NCBI GenBank assembly: GCA_018825985.1
Contig: JAHKAP010000071.1
Coordinates: 7,556-71,555, forward strand
From: Candidatus Omnitrophota bacterium
Lineage (GTDB): Bacteria > Omnitrophota > Gorgyraeia > Gygaellales > Profunditerraquicolaceae
DNA: 64,000 nt
Direction of reading: 5' to 3'
The translations under genes were made by a program, and so were the position numbers. A model generated the notes under the pieces. It had not been told where the DNA came from and did not search any database. It saw nothing but the letters and a program-made list of their open reading frames with translations. Numbering within the stretch: position 1 is the stretch's first letter; the number at the start of each line of letters is the position of its first letter. This document shows, one piece after another, positions 1 to 9,948 of this stretch.

Positions 1-267
1 TTCTTATATCCTCTATTAAACCTAAAATTAATATTAAAGTAGCGGCGATAAATACCGGAAAAAAAATAGCCATATCTTTTAAAATAAACATTACCCCGCA
101 AAGTAACCCTAAATAAATACCCGCTCCTCCCAGTAAAGCAGTGGCGTTTTTATGCACTTTCCTTCCCCCCGGCAAGTCCAGGATATTAAAACGAAAAGCT
201 ATTTTTTTCAATATCTGCAGGCTTAAATAAGAAACGAAGAAAGCGATTATCGAAATTATCAGGGTAT
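1..267 (-). CDS. WecA/MraY-like polyprenyl-phosphate sugar-1-phosphate transferase (glycosyltransferase family 4), N-terminal part. The gene continues beyond the window start.
   Basis: Reverse-complement translation from the ATG at 265-267 gives MNTLIISIIAFFVSYLSLQILKKIAFRFNILDLPGGRKVHKNATALLGGAGIYLG.... The LDxPxxRKxHxxxxPxLGG motif is typical of WecA/MraY-family initiating transferases. The reading frame stays open to position 1. Confidence 0.6.
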
Positions 268-888
268 TCATCTTATCTCCCTCAATAAACGGACTGCCTT
301 AAAACCTTCGGCGTATTTGACCCGTCCCTGAAACCCGCGGAAATTCGCGCAAGACTGGGCGCTCTCTAAAATACTCAAATTTTCGACTTTGGTCCTGTAA
401 ACCTGGGAGGTATGCAAATTTAATAATTCCAGCTTCTTAGCTAAAACATCCTCAATATCTACAAAAATATCCGGTTCAAAATGTTGGGTGCTGGGCACTT
501 CATAAAAAAGCACTTCCTTGATATAGCGGGTAGCTGAAACCGCGGCCTGGGCAGCGGAGCGGTGATCCTGATGCACATCCGCCCAAAAGTTTAAAAACAC
601 CACATCCGGCTTAACTTTATAGATAAATTCGTCTATTTTATTGATCAGTTCCCGGTTACAGCTTAATTCCGTGTCCCGGTAACCTCCCCAGCATACTTCT
701 TTCGCCTTTAAGAATACAGCGGCCTGGGTTTGCTCTTTCGACCTGACCTGCGGGTCGCCGCCGAAACTGCCGTCAGTTAAAATCATCAAAAAAATATTGT
801 GCCCCGCTTCAGAGTATTTGATCAATGTCCCTCCGCAGCCAATTTCAATATCATCCGGGTGTGGCCCAATCGCTAAAATATTCATCAT
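268..888 (-). CDS. PIG-L/LmbE-family N-acetylglucosaminyl deacetylase
   Basis: The N-terminal AIGPHPDDIEIGCGGT motif (the conserved PDD and GxGGT motif of this family) and a conserved HxDH zinc-binding region (VHQDH). Confidence 0.8.
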   Translation of the reverse strand: MMNILAIGPHPDDIEIGCGGTLIKYSEAGHNIFLMILTDGSFGGDPQVRSKEQTQAAVFLKAKEVCWGGYRDTELSCNRELINKIDEFIYKVKPDVVFLNFWADVHQDHRSAAQAAVSATRYIKEVLFYEVPSTQHFEPDIFVDIEDVLAKKLELLNLHTSQVYRTKVENLSILESAQSCANFRGFQGRVKYAEGFKAVRLLREIR

Positions 889-1583
889 TACCCCCTTTTA
901 AATATCTCCCTGCTCTTTGGCCCTTCATTCAACAATAGGTCTAAAATTGACATACACGGCATAAAATCTCCCGCGTTTTTCATAAATTGCTGCCTATAAG
1001 CCGGATGCTTAAAATCCTGATATAACAGCTTTATCCCGGCCTGAGGAAATTTAGCCTCCTCCAGGTATTCCTTGCCTCCCGCGCCTGAAAGATAGGTATC
1101 TGCCTTGAGTTTACGGCAAATATCAATTATCCTGTCAGTCGCGGTATTACGGATATCAAGCTCAGACTCCCTATATATAGGTAAGGCTATTGCCAATTGC
1201 TTTAAGATATAGTCAATTATAAAAATATTCAGATCAACCAGGCCCTCACGCTTTTGAGTATATACCTGGTTCAAGAATTCCTTATGTTCATCAAAAAAAT
1301 CAGCCTTGCCGTAACAGCTTTTAAAAGTCTCCAAGTGTTTTCTTTGCCAGGGCAATTCATTATCTACCACTACACTATCAATAACCTGCCTGCCTTTATC
1401 TTTAGAAATCACCGGCACGCTTAACCATAAAGAACCGCTGGCAGCGCGGACCTTGTTACGATTCTGAAATTCCCGCGGTTTATACTGGACCTTATCCAGA
1501 AATACAAAGCAATCGCTTTTAGCTATTTTATCAAAATAACCCAACCAGGGTATATACTGCGGCTGGTGCATCGATATGATCAT
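888..1583 (-). CDS. WbqC-like family protein (polysaccharide-locus protein of unknown function)
   Basis: The N-terminus MIISMHQPQYIPWLGYFDKI matches the characteristic WbqC-like opening (MQPYFFPYIGYF..). It lies in a glycan locus. Confidence 0.55.
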   Translation of the reverse strand: MIISMHQPQYIPWLGYFDKIAKSDCFVFLDKVQYKPREFQNRNKVRAASGSLWLSVPVISKDKGRQVIDSVVVDNELPWQRKHLETFKSCYGKADFFDEHKEFLNQVYTQKREGLVDLNIFIIDYILKQLAIALPIYRESELDIRNTATDRIIDICRKLKADTYLSGAGGKEYLEEAKFPQAGIKLLYQDFKHPAYRQQFMKNAGDFMPCMSILDLLLNEGPKSREIFKRG

Positions 1584-1747
1584 TTACGCTCCGCGCTCAT
1601 GCTTGATTTTATCTTAAAGGCGCAGGTCTGTCCATCTAAAAATCTCCCGCTTATTCCGATATTATATTTATCCTGGCTCTCTCCCGATCCGGGCCTTGGC
1701 CTAAAGCCAGGCCGGGATATATAAATCAGCTTAATAATAAAAATAAT

Positions 1748-2920
1748 TTAACCCGCATATAATTCAGAATAAAGATTAAAGATCTTCTCGGTCATTTTTT
1801 GGGCGCTAAACCTGTCCTTTACCCAAACCCTGCCTGCCTCTCCCATTTCTTTTCTTTTTACCGGGTCCTTAAATAAAGAGCTTATCGCTATAGCCATAGA
1901 CCCGGGATCAGCCGCAGGCACCAGAAGACCGCTGATTCCGTCTTTTACTACCTCGGCGGTTCCCCCTACATCAGCAGCTACTACCGGGATCCCGGATGCC
2001 TGGGCCTCTATAAGCACTATACCCACTGCCTCATTTAAAGAAGGCAAAACTAAGACGTCCAGGACAGAAATAATTTCGGGGACATTATTTCTCCAGCCGG
2101 TAAAAATTATGCTATCTTTCAGGCCTGATTCCTCTACCCTTTTCTCTAATTTAGCCCGTAAAGAGCCTTCGCCGACTAAAAAAAACTTAGCCTGCGTAAA
2201 ATCCTTAATCACTAGCTTGGCCGCCTCTACAAAAAAACCGGGCCCTTTAACTGTCTCCAGCCTCCCGACCATCGCCGCTGTCAATTCGCCGGCAGTAACT
2301 CCTAAGCTATTTTTTATTTGAGGCCGATTAAAATTTTGCTGTAAGAATGGTTCAAGCTCAAGCCCCAAATATATCAGGTTTATTTTATCTTTAGCCGCCA
2401 CCTTAAATTTAATATAATCGCTTCTTTCCAGTTCAGTTAAAGCAATGATCCTGGTTGTAAAAAAAGTAAGGAACTTCTCGATAAATATTATCAGTTTACT
2501 GTATAAACGATTAAAGTACCCGTAAAAATTATGGCCATGAGGAGTATGCACGATCACTTTTACACCGGCAAAATATGCGGCCAGTCTCCCCAATGCCCCG
2601 GCTTTGGCAGTATGGGTATGGACAACATCGAAATTCTCCTCGCGGAATATTAAATAAAGCTTGATAAAAGTTATAAGATCATTAAATAAATTAACATCTC
2701 TTTGCAATTGGCGGATAACTACTACCTTAGCGTTAAAAGAATTAATGAATTCGTTGGTTTTTTGTGTCTGGTTTTTTGTAGGCCCGGTTATCAAAATTAC
2801 TTCCTGGCCCATTGCCAAAAGTTTTTCGCAGGTAAGCCTTACCATATCCGGAGAACCACCCCAATCCATCCTGGTTATAACCTGGGCTATCTTCATTCTC
2901 TTCATTTTATGTTTATACAA
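1748..2920 (-). CDS. Glycosyltransferase family 4 (GT-B fold, retaining)
   Basis: C-terminal E-x7-E type motif GIVLIEAQASGIPVVAADVGGTAEVVKDGISGLLV. 390 aa. Confidence 0.8.
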   Translation of the reverse strand: MYKHKMKRMKIAQVITRMDWGGSPDMVRLTCEKLLAMGQEVILITGPTKNQTQKTNEFINSFNAKVVVIRQLQRDVNLFNDLITFIKLYLIFREENFDVVHTHTAKAGALGRLAAYFAGVKVIVHTPHGHNFYGYFNRLYSKLIIFIEKFLTFFTTRIIALTELERSDYIKFKVAAKDKINLIYLGLELEPFLQQNFNRPQIKNSLGVTAGELTAAMVGRLETVKGPGFFVEAAKLVIKDFTQAKFFLVGEGSLRAKLEKRVEESGLKDSIIFTGWRNNVPEIISVLDVLVLPSLNEAVGIVLIEAQASGIPVVAADVGGTAEVVKDGISGLLVPAADPGSMAIAISSLFKDPVKRKEMGEAGRVWVKDRFSAQKMTEKIFNLYSELYAG

Positions 2921-2946
2921 ATTAACACTAATTTCGTGCCGAAAAA

Positions 2947-4107
2947 TTAATAGCGATACAATTCAGTGCATCTTCCACATACGGCAAAAACCTTATTTTC
3001 TTTTAATATCCGGCGAAACTTTACTGCCTGCTCATTATTCCAGAGTTTAGTAAACTTGACTTTTTTAATATTTCCGTAGGAATAACTAAAATTCAGGCAA
3101 GGGCGGACCTCGCCATCAGGAAAAACATAAGCCACTATCCAGGGGCTTAAGCACCGAAAAGGATAGCCCTTAGGTATATTAGCGGGATCCCGGTAATAAT
3201 CTATGGCTGCCTGGCCGGAAAAATTTGGATAAAAATCCACGCTAAATTTATACCTACCCTTAAGTATCCGGCTGATCATACTATTTAAAATTTCAGGCTC
3301 TATGCCGGGTTCAAAAACAAATCCCTCCCAATTTAATGAATTACAATCCAATATCCGATTATACTCTTTCTGCCTATCTAAGATCTGACGATCGGTAAAT
3401 ATCAGGTTATGAAAAGTCAGGGAATCGGCATCTACTTCTTCGGCTACCCTAATCATCTCTTCTAGATACCTGCAATTGTCCTTATTGATAGTGCACTGTA
3501 GGTTGACAAAAGGCTTCTTAGTCTTTTTTTGTTTTTTTAAATAATCTATATTCTTTAAGCCGCGCGTAATTGTATTATAAAGCCCAGGCAGGCCCCGGAT
3601 ATCATCATGCAGTTGGCTTAAGCCGTCCAGGGAAACATTTAATTCATCCAGGCCGCTTTCTACCAGCTCTAAAGCCCTGGCCTCTAAAAGCGATCCGTTA
3701 GTGATCATTAAGGTGTGCATTTTTTTCCTCTTAATATATCTAATAAGCCCGCTGCAATCAGGATAAAGTAAAGGTTCACCGCCAAAAAGGGTAATGTTTG
3801 GACGAAAAACAGCTACATCGTCTACCAGGGATTTTAATTCCTGTATTGATAGCTCAGATTGCACATACTCAGCACTTTGTTTTTTAGTCACTCCTCCCTC
3901 TCCCCACTGCCCGCACATCCGGCAATGCAGGTTACAGCGGTGGGTAAGAAATAGGGTGATCGCCTCAGGAAAAATACTCTCGCCGTTACCAAAGTAATAG
4001 GCGAGTTGAGCCCGAGTGCGTTTTAAGAAAACGCTATAGGCATAACCAGGTTGCTTGTTTGCCTTATAAAAAAATCTTTTGATATTCCGCAAAGGTATCA
4101 TAATCAA
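2947..4107 (-). CDS. Radical SAM enzyme with C-terminal SPASM-like cysteine-rich domain
   Basis: CNLHCRMC is a canonical CxxxCxxC radical-SAM cluster. Cys-rich C-terminal motifs (..RCLSPW.., ..VRPC.., ..CGRCTE..) are present. It is adjacent to a sugar aminotransferase. Confidence 0.75.
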   Translation of the reverse strand: MIMIPLRNIKRFFYKANKQPGYAYSVFLKRTRAQLAYYFGNGESIFPEAITLFLTHRCNLHCRMCGQWGEGGVTKKQSAEYVQSELSIQELKSLVDDVAVFRPNITLFGGEPLLYPDCSGLIRYIKRKKMHTLMITNGSLLEARALELVESGLDELNVSLDGLSQLHDDIRGLPGLYNTITRGLKNIDYLKKQKKTKKPFVNLQCTINKDNCRYLEEMIRVAEEVDADSLTFHNLIFTDRQILDRQKEYNRILDCNSLNWEGFVFEPGIEPEILNSMISRILKGRYKFSVDFYPNFSGQAAIDYYRDPANIPKGYPFRCLSPWIVAYVFPDGEVRPCLNFSYSYGNIKKVKFTKLWNNEQAVKFRRILKENKVFAVCGRCTELYRY

Positions 4108-4168
4108 ATAATCTTATTGGTTAATGTCTGTTAATTCGATTACTTTAGCAGCTATTGGTAACTATGTA

Positions 4169-5341
4169 CTAAATATTTTTCTTAATAATATCTATCATTT
4201 TTTCTATATCTTGCTCACTGACCAAATGATGGATAGGCAAAGCTAAAAGATGATCCGCAAGATAATTTGCATTGGGAAAATCTTCCGGCTTGTACCCTAG
4301 TTCAAACATATGGTGCAGCGGCCTTTTATAAACCCTGGATGCCTCTAAGCCGCTATGCATGAGTTTCTTCTCAATAATACCCAATTTTGTTGAATCTTTG
4401 AATAAAACCGGCACTTGATTAAAAACCGGATAATCATCTTCAGATATAATGGGAAGGATTAATCCTGTTTCGCTCTTTAAGGACTTGATCAGAAACTTTC
4501 CTTTTTCATACCTGGCTTTTAAAAAAATATCGATTTTTTCTAAACACCTGATGCCTAATCCGGCCTGAATCCGGCTGATCCGGCAAACTTTAAAATCTTT
4601 TGGCGCAACAGTATCCCTAAAACAAGAGATAGCTTGATAGGCTAAACCATAGACATAAGGACGGGTGGCAAAATAAAATGCGGCTATTTTAGCGAATATA
4701 CCCGCGCCGGTATTCTCCGGTAATTGCTTGCATAAAGACTCGATTTTCCCGGATAAATCCGGTGAATTAACCAGTATGCATCCTCCAGAGTAAAGAGGAA
4801 AATTTTTACCGCGGTTAAAGCTAAAGAAAGAGATGTCGGAAAAACTTCCCACTGGCCTTGCCCTGATCCGGCTTCCAAATGCCTGAGCGCAATCCTCGAT
4901 CAAGGTCACGCCTGTTGGCAGGGTCATTTTTATCTGGCTGATACTTCCTATACCTATGCCAAACATGTGCACAGCAACCGCTGCCAGGGTATCATCAGAT
5001 ACGGATTTACTTAAAACTTTGGTGTCCAGATTAAAATCTTCAAGTGATATATCGCAAAGAGCCGGCTTTAACCCGGCCTTCTTTATCGCAACCACCAGGC
5101 TTCCGGCAGTATAAGCCGGCAAAATAACTTCTTTTTTCAAAGAATCATGCTTAAGCGACTCTAATATCAGATAAAATGCTGAAACCCCGGAATTAACCGG
5201 ATAAATGTATTGGGCCTGTAAAAAAACTGTTAAGGATCCGGCGAATTTATCTATCACCTCAGGATCGCCCGCTAGATTTAACGCCGACGATATGTCTTGA
5301 AAATTATAAACCGCAGCTATATTAGGGGTTCTCTTAATCAT
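4169..5341 (-). CDS. DegT/DnrJ/EryC1/StrS-family PLP-dependent sugar aminotransferase
   Basis: Motifs PVNSGVSAFYL, EVILPAYTAGSLVVAIKKAGLKPALCDISLEDFNLD, LIEDCAQAFGS and GSFSDISFFSFNRGKN (PLP lysine) align with the DegT-family consensus. Confidence 0.7.
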   Translation of the reverse strand: MIKRTPNIAAVYNFQDISSALNLAGDPEVIDKFAGSLTVFLQAQYIYPVNSGVSAFYLILESLKHDSLKKEVILPAYTAGSLVVAIKKAGLKPALCDISLEDFNLDTKVLSKSVSDDTLAAVAVHMFGIGIGSISQIKMTLPTGVTLIEDCAQAFGSRIRARPVGSFSDISFFSFNRGKNFPLYSGGCILVNSPDLSGKIESLCKQLPENTGAGIFAKIAAFYFATRPYVYGLAYQAISCFRDTVAPKDFKVCRISRIQAGLGIRCLEKIDIFLKARYEKGKFLIKSLKSETGLILPIISEDDYPVFNQVPVLFKDSTKLGIIEKKLMHSGLEASRVYKRPLHHMFELGYKPEDFPNANYLADHLLALPIHHLVSEQDIEKMIDIIKKNI

Positions 5342-6002
5342 TTTTCTTTGCCTGGTAAACTATTAATGGCGCAAATGCCTTTATAGGAAAGCCTAAATAC
5401 AGCTTATTTTCAACTGTAAATCCGGCCTCTTTTAAAAGGCCTTCTATTTGAGCGCAGCTGTAAGTATTTAAAGGAAGATTTTTCACTGAGGCATCATAAT
5501 AAGGAGCTAGTTTATATTTTATTTTAAGCGCCGGGTTTGCGGAATTACGGATATCAAATATCAATCGGCCGGATTTTTTAGTTACTCGGTTGACTTGGGT
5601 TAAAACTTTTTTAATATTGCCCAAAGAAGGAAGATTAAAAAATACATTGATGCAAATTACAACGTCAAAATAATTATCCGCAAATTCAAGCTTTTCTGCG
5701 TCCTGGCAATCGGCTTCGGCATTATTAAGCCCCATTTCTTTGATCCGCGTTTTAGCTTGCTCCGCGCGGAGAAGGCTATTATCTGCCCCCCGGCATTCTA
5801 ATCCCGGGTGGGCCTTAGCCAGTTGTGTAAGAAAAAGGCCCTCGCCGCAGCCGATCTCAAGTGCTTGACCGGCAGTAATATCCCGGCATAGAAATAATGC
5901 CGCCGCCCTTACTTTATCCTGCCAATTTCCCGCAGAATACTTTCCCTTTTCCTGTGGCCGGGAAATCAGCCGATGAAAAAATTTATAGAGCCTGGAAACC
6001 AT
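5334..6002 (-). CDS. Class I SAM-dependent methyltransferase
   Basis: Motif I is LEIGCGEGLF. 222 aa. Confidence 0.7.
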   Translation of the reverse strand: MVSRLYKFFHRLISRPQEKGKYSAGNWQDKVRAAALFLCRDITAGQALEIGCGEGLFLTQLAKAHPGLECRGADNSLLRAEQAKTRIKEMGLNNAEADCQDAEKLEFADNYFDVVICINVFFNLPSLGNIKKVLTQVNRVTKKSGRLIFDIRNSANPALKIKYKLAPYYDASVKNLPLNTYSCAQIEGLLKEAGFTVENKLYLGFPIKAFAPLIVYQAKKND

Positions 6003-7149
6003 GATCCTTTACCTTTTTTATAATATCCTCTATCTGTTTTGCCCGTAGACTTAAGGAGAATTCATTCTCCGCCCTTAAACGCCCCTGCCTGCCCAACCTT
6101 TCAGCAAGATCCGGTTCTATTAAAAGTTTTCGTATAGCCTCTGCTAATTTATCCGGTTTATCCGGGTCAACCAATAGCCCGGTTATCCCATCAAGGACAG
6201 CATCCCTTACTCCTCCTGAGATACCTCCGATAACCGGCTTAGCGCAGGCCGAAGCCTCAATAAAGGAGATCCCGAAACCTTCCACATTATCATCGGCTTT
6301 AATCTCGGTATTAGGCATAACATATATATCACAGATATTATAATACACCGGCAGGTCTTCGTCCGGTACACGCCCCAGAAAACAAACATCTTTTTCTAAC
6401 CCGGATTCTTTGGCCTGTTTTTTTAAATTATCCTCCTCCTCTCCTGAACCCACAACCAGATATACCAATTCCGGAAAGTCCTTCTTTAATTTTTTTAGGG
6501 CCTCAATAACCAGGTGTACGCCCTTACGTTTTACCAGCCTGGCTACGGTTAAGAGTATCTGTTTATTTTCTAATTTTAAATAATTATTTATTTTACCGGT
6601 ATCATCATCCGGCTTGAATTTATTTATATCCACTCCGGGAGTAACTATATAAACCAGATCTTGTTTTAGCCCGAATTTTCCGGCCTCGGCCCGGGAAAAT
6701 TCACTGATAGTGATAACAAAATCGGCATTTTTCATTATCTTATTTAAAACCGGCCATAATATCCGGTTTTCTTTAAATTTACTATACTCCCCCCCATAAT
6801 AAAATACACCATAAGGAAGCTTAAATATCAACTTAAAGATCAGCCCGATACAGCCTAAACTGAGCGGAACGCTGCAAAAAACAAGATTTATTTTATTTTT
6901 GATTAAAAAATTAAACGTCAGACAGAATAAAACAATCGTCCTTAAAATCTTGAACCGCGTAAAACCGGGGTAACGAAAAATATTTAATCCGCTTGTTATA
7001 TCAAAACCCTTAGCTGATTTAACCGCCGGGGCAAGAATATAATTGTCATTCTTATAAAGATCCTTCCAGATACCGGACAAATATGTCCCGATCCCGGTTA
7101 CCTGGGGAGGAAAATCAAAAGTTATTAAAAGGCTTTTTTTATCCTTCAT
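5983..7149 (-). CDS. Glycosyltransferase family 4
   Basis: EGFGISFIEASACAKPVIGGISGGVRDAVLDGITGLLV. It is a paralogue of the CDS at 14916-16106. Confidence 0.8.
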   Translation of the reverse strand: MKDKKSLLITFDFPPQVTGIGTYLSGIWKDLYKNDNYILAPAVKSAKGFDITSGLNIFRYPGFTRFKILRTIVLFCLTFNFLIKNKINLVFCSVPLSLGCIGLIFKLIFKLPYGVFYYGGEYSKFKENRILWPVLNKIMKNADFVITISEFSRAEAGKFGLKQDLVYIVTPGVDINKFKPDDDTGKINNYLKLENKQILLTVARLVKRKGVHLVIEALKKLKKDFPELVYLVVGSGEEEDNLKKQAKESGLEKDVCFLGRVPDEDLPVYYNICDIYVMPNTEIKADDNVEGFGISFIEASACAKPVIGGISGGVRDAVLDGITGLLVDPDKPDKLAEAIRKLLIEPDLAERLGRQGRLRAENEFSLSLRAKQIEDIIKKVKDHGFQAL

Positions 7150-8383
7150 TGCTGGTCCTTAATAAGCTGCCTAAAAGTATAAACAACAGGATATAACCGA
7201 TACCCTTAAAAGACAATAAAAAAGCAAACGGCCCGCTCCAGGCGCTAGGGAAACTGGTAATCGCGTACTTCAATCCCAAAATAAGATATGCAATAATAAA
7301 TAAAATAATCGATGATTTTTTAACCGGACCTTTGATTATGTAGAACCAGCAGATTACCAGCGGCAAAAATAAGACTACCAGATGAGTTTCATGCACCCAG
7401 GGACATACCATATAACACAAAGTTATAAAAAAAGAAAATTCTAAAGCCATTTTATCCGGATTGGTTCCAACCCTTTTCCCATACCTAACCCTGAAAGCCA
7501 GAGTTAAAACAATCAAATTTATCAAAATAGTCAGTGCCTGGACAAACTTTATGCCGGCGATACTAAAAAATAAGTTGTATAATAAATAAAAGATGCTCAG
7601 GCTGGAAATATCCCTGTATTCACCGGCTGCTACCTGGCCGGAGAAAAACCTTAACTGGTAAGTCCAATAAGAAATCTCTTTATCTATCCCAAAGCTAAAA
7701 ATAGCTGCCAGTTTAATCAGGAAAATAACACAAATCGCGCTTATTAATGCCTTCCAATATCTCTTACACAGGCAAAATAAAAGGACCGGAATAAATAACT
7801 CTTTGATCTGCACGCCTAAACCTAAAAAAATACCGGCTAAAAATATCTTCTTATTTTTAAAGCATAAAAGCGCCAGGGTAAAGAATAATAGGATCAGTAA
7901 GTTCGGCTGCCCGATAAAAAGATCTTCCCTTAGTGGCCAGAACATAAAAACCAGGAATAATCCTGAAATGACCTTGTAAATATCCAGATTGCCGAAGATT
8001 TTAGTCAAGACTAACCATGTGGAAATAATTAATGCTGCCTGGCAGGTTATTACCCACAAAACAGATGCTAAGTTAAATCCCATAAAGGTAAAAGGCGAAA
8101 AGATCAGAAAAAAATTCATAGAATGCAAAACGCTGGCATAATTGCTATAACCGGTCTTCGTTATCATTGAATTTTCGTAACTTAAATATTCCTGAGGCGA
8201 GATCTTCCAGACGTCAACTCCCTGCTGCAACAGCTTTGAATTGACATAATAATGCCGGGTATCAATAAAATCGCTGGTAAATATGGCTTTGGTCAAATCA
8301 TGCAAATAGGTAAAAAGAACGAATAAAACAACCAGGTAAATAAAATATTTCAGATACGCCGCTTTAGAGGCATCGTTATCCAT
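7139..8383 (-). CDS. Polytopic integral membrane protein. Possibly a GT-C/DUF2029-like glycosyltransferase or a polymerase.
   Basis: About 11 predicted hydrophobic helices. It sits in the glycan locus. No soluble catalytic motif was recognised. Confidence 0.35.
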   Translation of the reverse strand: MDNDASKAAYLKYFIYLVVLFVLFTYLHDLTKAIFTSDFIDTRHYYVNSKLLQQGVDVWKISPQEYLSYENSMITKTGYSNYASVLHSMNFFLIFSPFTFMGFNLASVLWVITCQAALIISTWLVLTKIFGNLDIYKVISGLFLVFMFWPLREDLFIGQPNLLILLFFTLALLCFKNKKIFLAGIFLGLGVQIKELFIPVLLFCLCKRYWKALISAICVIFLIKLAAIFSFGIDKEISYWTYQLRFFSGQVAAGEYRDISSLSIFYLLYNLFFSIAGIKFVQALTILINLIVLTLAFRVRYGKRVGTNPDKMALEFSFFITLCYMVCPWVHETHLVVLFLPLVICWFYIIKGPVKKSSIILFIIAYLILGLKYAITSFPSAWSGPFAFLLSFKGIGYILLFILLGSLLRTSNEG

Positions 8384-8437
8384 TTTTTAAATCAACCTCC
8401 TTGTATAATTACCAATGTATAGTCATTAATTATACAT

Positions 8438-8471
8438 GATTACAGCGATTCTTAAAAAGATTACAGCGATT
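8438..8471. repeat. GATTACAGCGATT direct-repeat element (2 copies, 21-bp period)
   Basis: gattacagcgatt-cttaaaaa-gattacagcgatt. Intergenic. Confidence 0.8.
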
Positions 8472-8871
8472 AAAACATTAAACGCCGTACTTGACAACTC
8501 TTATTACCAAAGTTTATCAATAAACCAACCTTGTGACACGTAACTTTCAAATAAGATAAAACTTGTGCTTCAAATACTAAAGGCATATTTCCAGTAACTG
8601 CCTTAACTTCTATAATTACTTTATTCTCAACTATCAAATCAACCCTAAAAAAACCGGCTTGTTTAGATTGATAAATTACTTTAAACTCCTTTTCTGTATC
8701 ATATTTCAAACCTTCTTCTTTTAAGGCTATCCTTAAAGCGTTATGATAAATCTTTTCAATGAAACCAGGCCCTAATTCTGAATGAACCCTATAAGCGCAA
8801 GCGATTATACGCTCTGTAAGGGGATCCCTATCTTTAATCTCTGGAATCTGATTTTTAATCTCTGTAATCAT
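8470..8871 (-). CDS. GxxExxY family protein (PD-(D/E)xK-like)
   Basis: LTERIIACAYRVHSELGPGFIEKIYHNAL...RVDLIVENKVIIEVKAV...EAQVLSYLKVTCHKVGLLINFG matches the GxxExxY family signature almost residue for residue. Confidence 0.8.
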   Translation of the reverse strand: MITEIKNQIPEIKDRDPLTERIIACAYRVHSELGPGFIEKIYHNALRIALKEEGLKYDTEKEFKVIYQSKQAGFFRVDLIVENKVIIEVKAVTGNMPLVFEAQVLSYLKVTCHKVGLLINFGNKSCQVRRLMF

Positions 8872-8874
8872 AAT

Positions 8875-9948
8875 CTATCTTTGATCTATAGCTCTTATCC
8901 CGAGCTTGCCCATAACCGATTTTACTTTTTCAAAAACTTCTTCCACATTTACTAATTCCATGCATTTATGATCCCAGCAGCTGCCTTTTGAGCATGGGCT
9001 GCATAATAGATCCTTGCGGATAACTTTCTGATTGATGCCTTTAGGCCACCATAGTATAGGATCAGCCGGCCCCATAATTGAAATTGTCGGCACGCCCAAT
9101 GCGGCTGCCAAATGCATTGGCCCGGAATTATTACATATTAATAATGAACACCCCTTCAAAAAAATAGCAAACTCCTTGAGCCCGGACATTAGCGATTCGG
9201 CATTAGGATTATTTATGCCCTGGACAATATAATTAACAATTTTTTCATCGTTAGAAGCTCCCACAATTTTTAATTTTACCCTATATGACGCTAATATTTT
9301 TTTTGCCAATAAAACAAATTTATCTTTACTCCATCTCTGGGAATCATAAAACCCGCCCGGATGCATGGCTATAAATATCCCCTCAGGCGCATCATCAGAG
9401 TCTAAAATAAGTTTGGGAATAATTTCTTTTTTAGGGATACCCAATAAATCTAAAAGCCGCAATTGCAGCCTACCCATATCATCATAAGGATGATTTATTG
9501 GATTAACAACTCTATTAAGAAATAATTCTCGAAAACCCCAGGAAAATCCCAGGCGGATTGGCGCGCCACAGAGATACGCTAAAATCGCCGGCCTTATCTT
9601 ATAATCATAAAGCAGATCAAAAACAGCGTCATACTTCTCCCTCTTTAATCTCCTGGCAGTAGAAATTAAATTATCGTAAATAATTACTTTATTTACTGAT
9701 TTAACCAACCCGGCCAGCTCTTTCAGATAAGGCCTGACTAAAACATCTATAATTGCATCCGGATATTCCAGCCGGATATTTTCAATCACTGGTATTGACA
9801 CCACAAAATCACCCATCCGGTCTATTCTAATAATCAGAAACCTGGACAATCGCTTAGGTAATGAAACTCGGGAAGGAAATAGTATGCGGCTAAACAGTAT
9901 AAAAATCAACCTTAGCCAAAAATATAAATTTAGAAGTATTTTCTTCAT
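8875..9948 (-). CDS. Glycosyltransferase family 9 (heptosyltransferase-like)
   Basis: RFLIIRIDRMGDFVVSIPVIENIR at the N-terminus and CNNSGPMHLAAALGVPTISIMGP at the C-terminus are GT9 hallmarks. Confidence 0.75.
   Translation of the reverse strand: MKKILLNLYFWLRLIFILFSRILFPSRVSLPKRLSRFLIIRIDRMGDFVVSIPVIENIRLEYPDAIIDVLVRPYLKELAGLVKSVNKVIIYDNLISTARRLKREKYDAVFDLLYDYKIRPAILAYLCGAPIRLGFSWGFRELFLNRVVNPINHPYDDMGRLQLRLLDLLGIPKKEIIPKLILDSDDAPEGIFIAMHPGGFYDSQRWSKDKFVLLAKKILASYRVKLKIVGASNDEKIVNYIVQGINNPNAESLMSGLKEFAIFLKGCSLLICNNSGPMHLAAALGVPTISIMGPADPILWWPKGINQKVIRKDLLCSPCSKGSCWDHKCMELVNVEEVFEKVKSVMGKLGIRAIDQR

Noticed and set aside
1660-1720. GC-rich imperfect palindrome (ccgggccttggcctaaagccaggccggg) downstream of the GT4 gene, considered as a terminator
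   Set aside because: The stem has several mismatches and no clear T-tract on the transcribed strand. It is not supported well enough to be called a terminator.
4684-4878. 64-aa minus-strand ORF inside the DegT gene in another frame
   Set aside because: It is fully embedded in a well-supported CDS with no independent signal.
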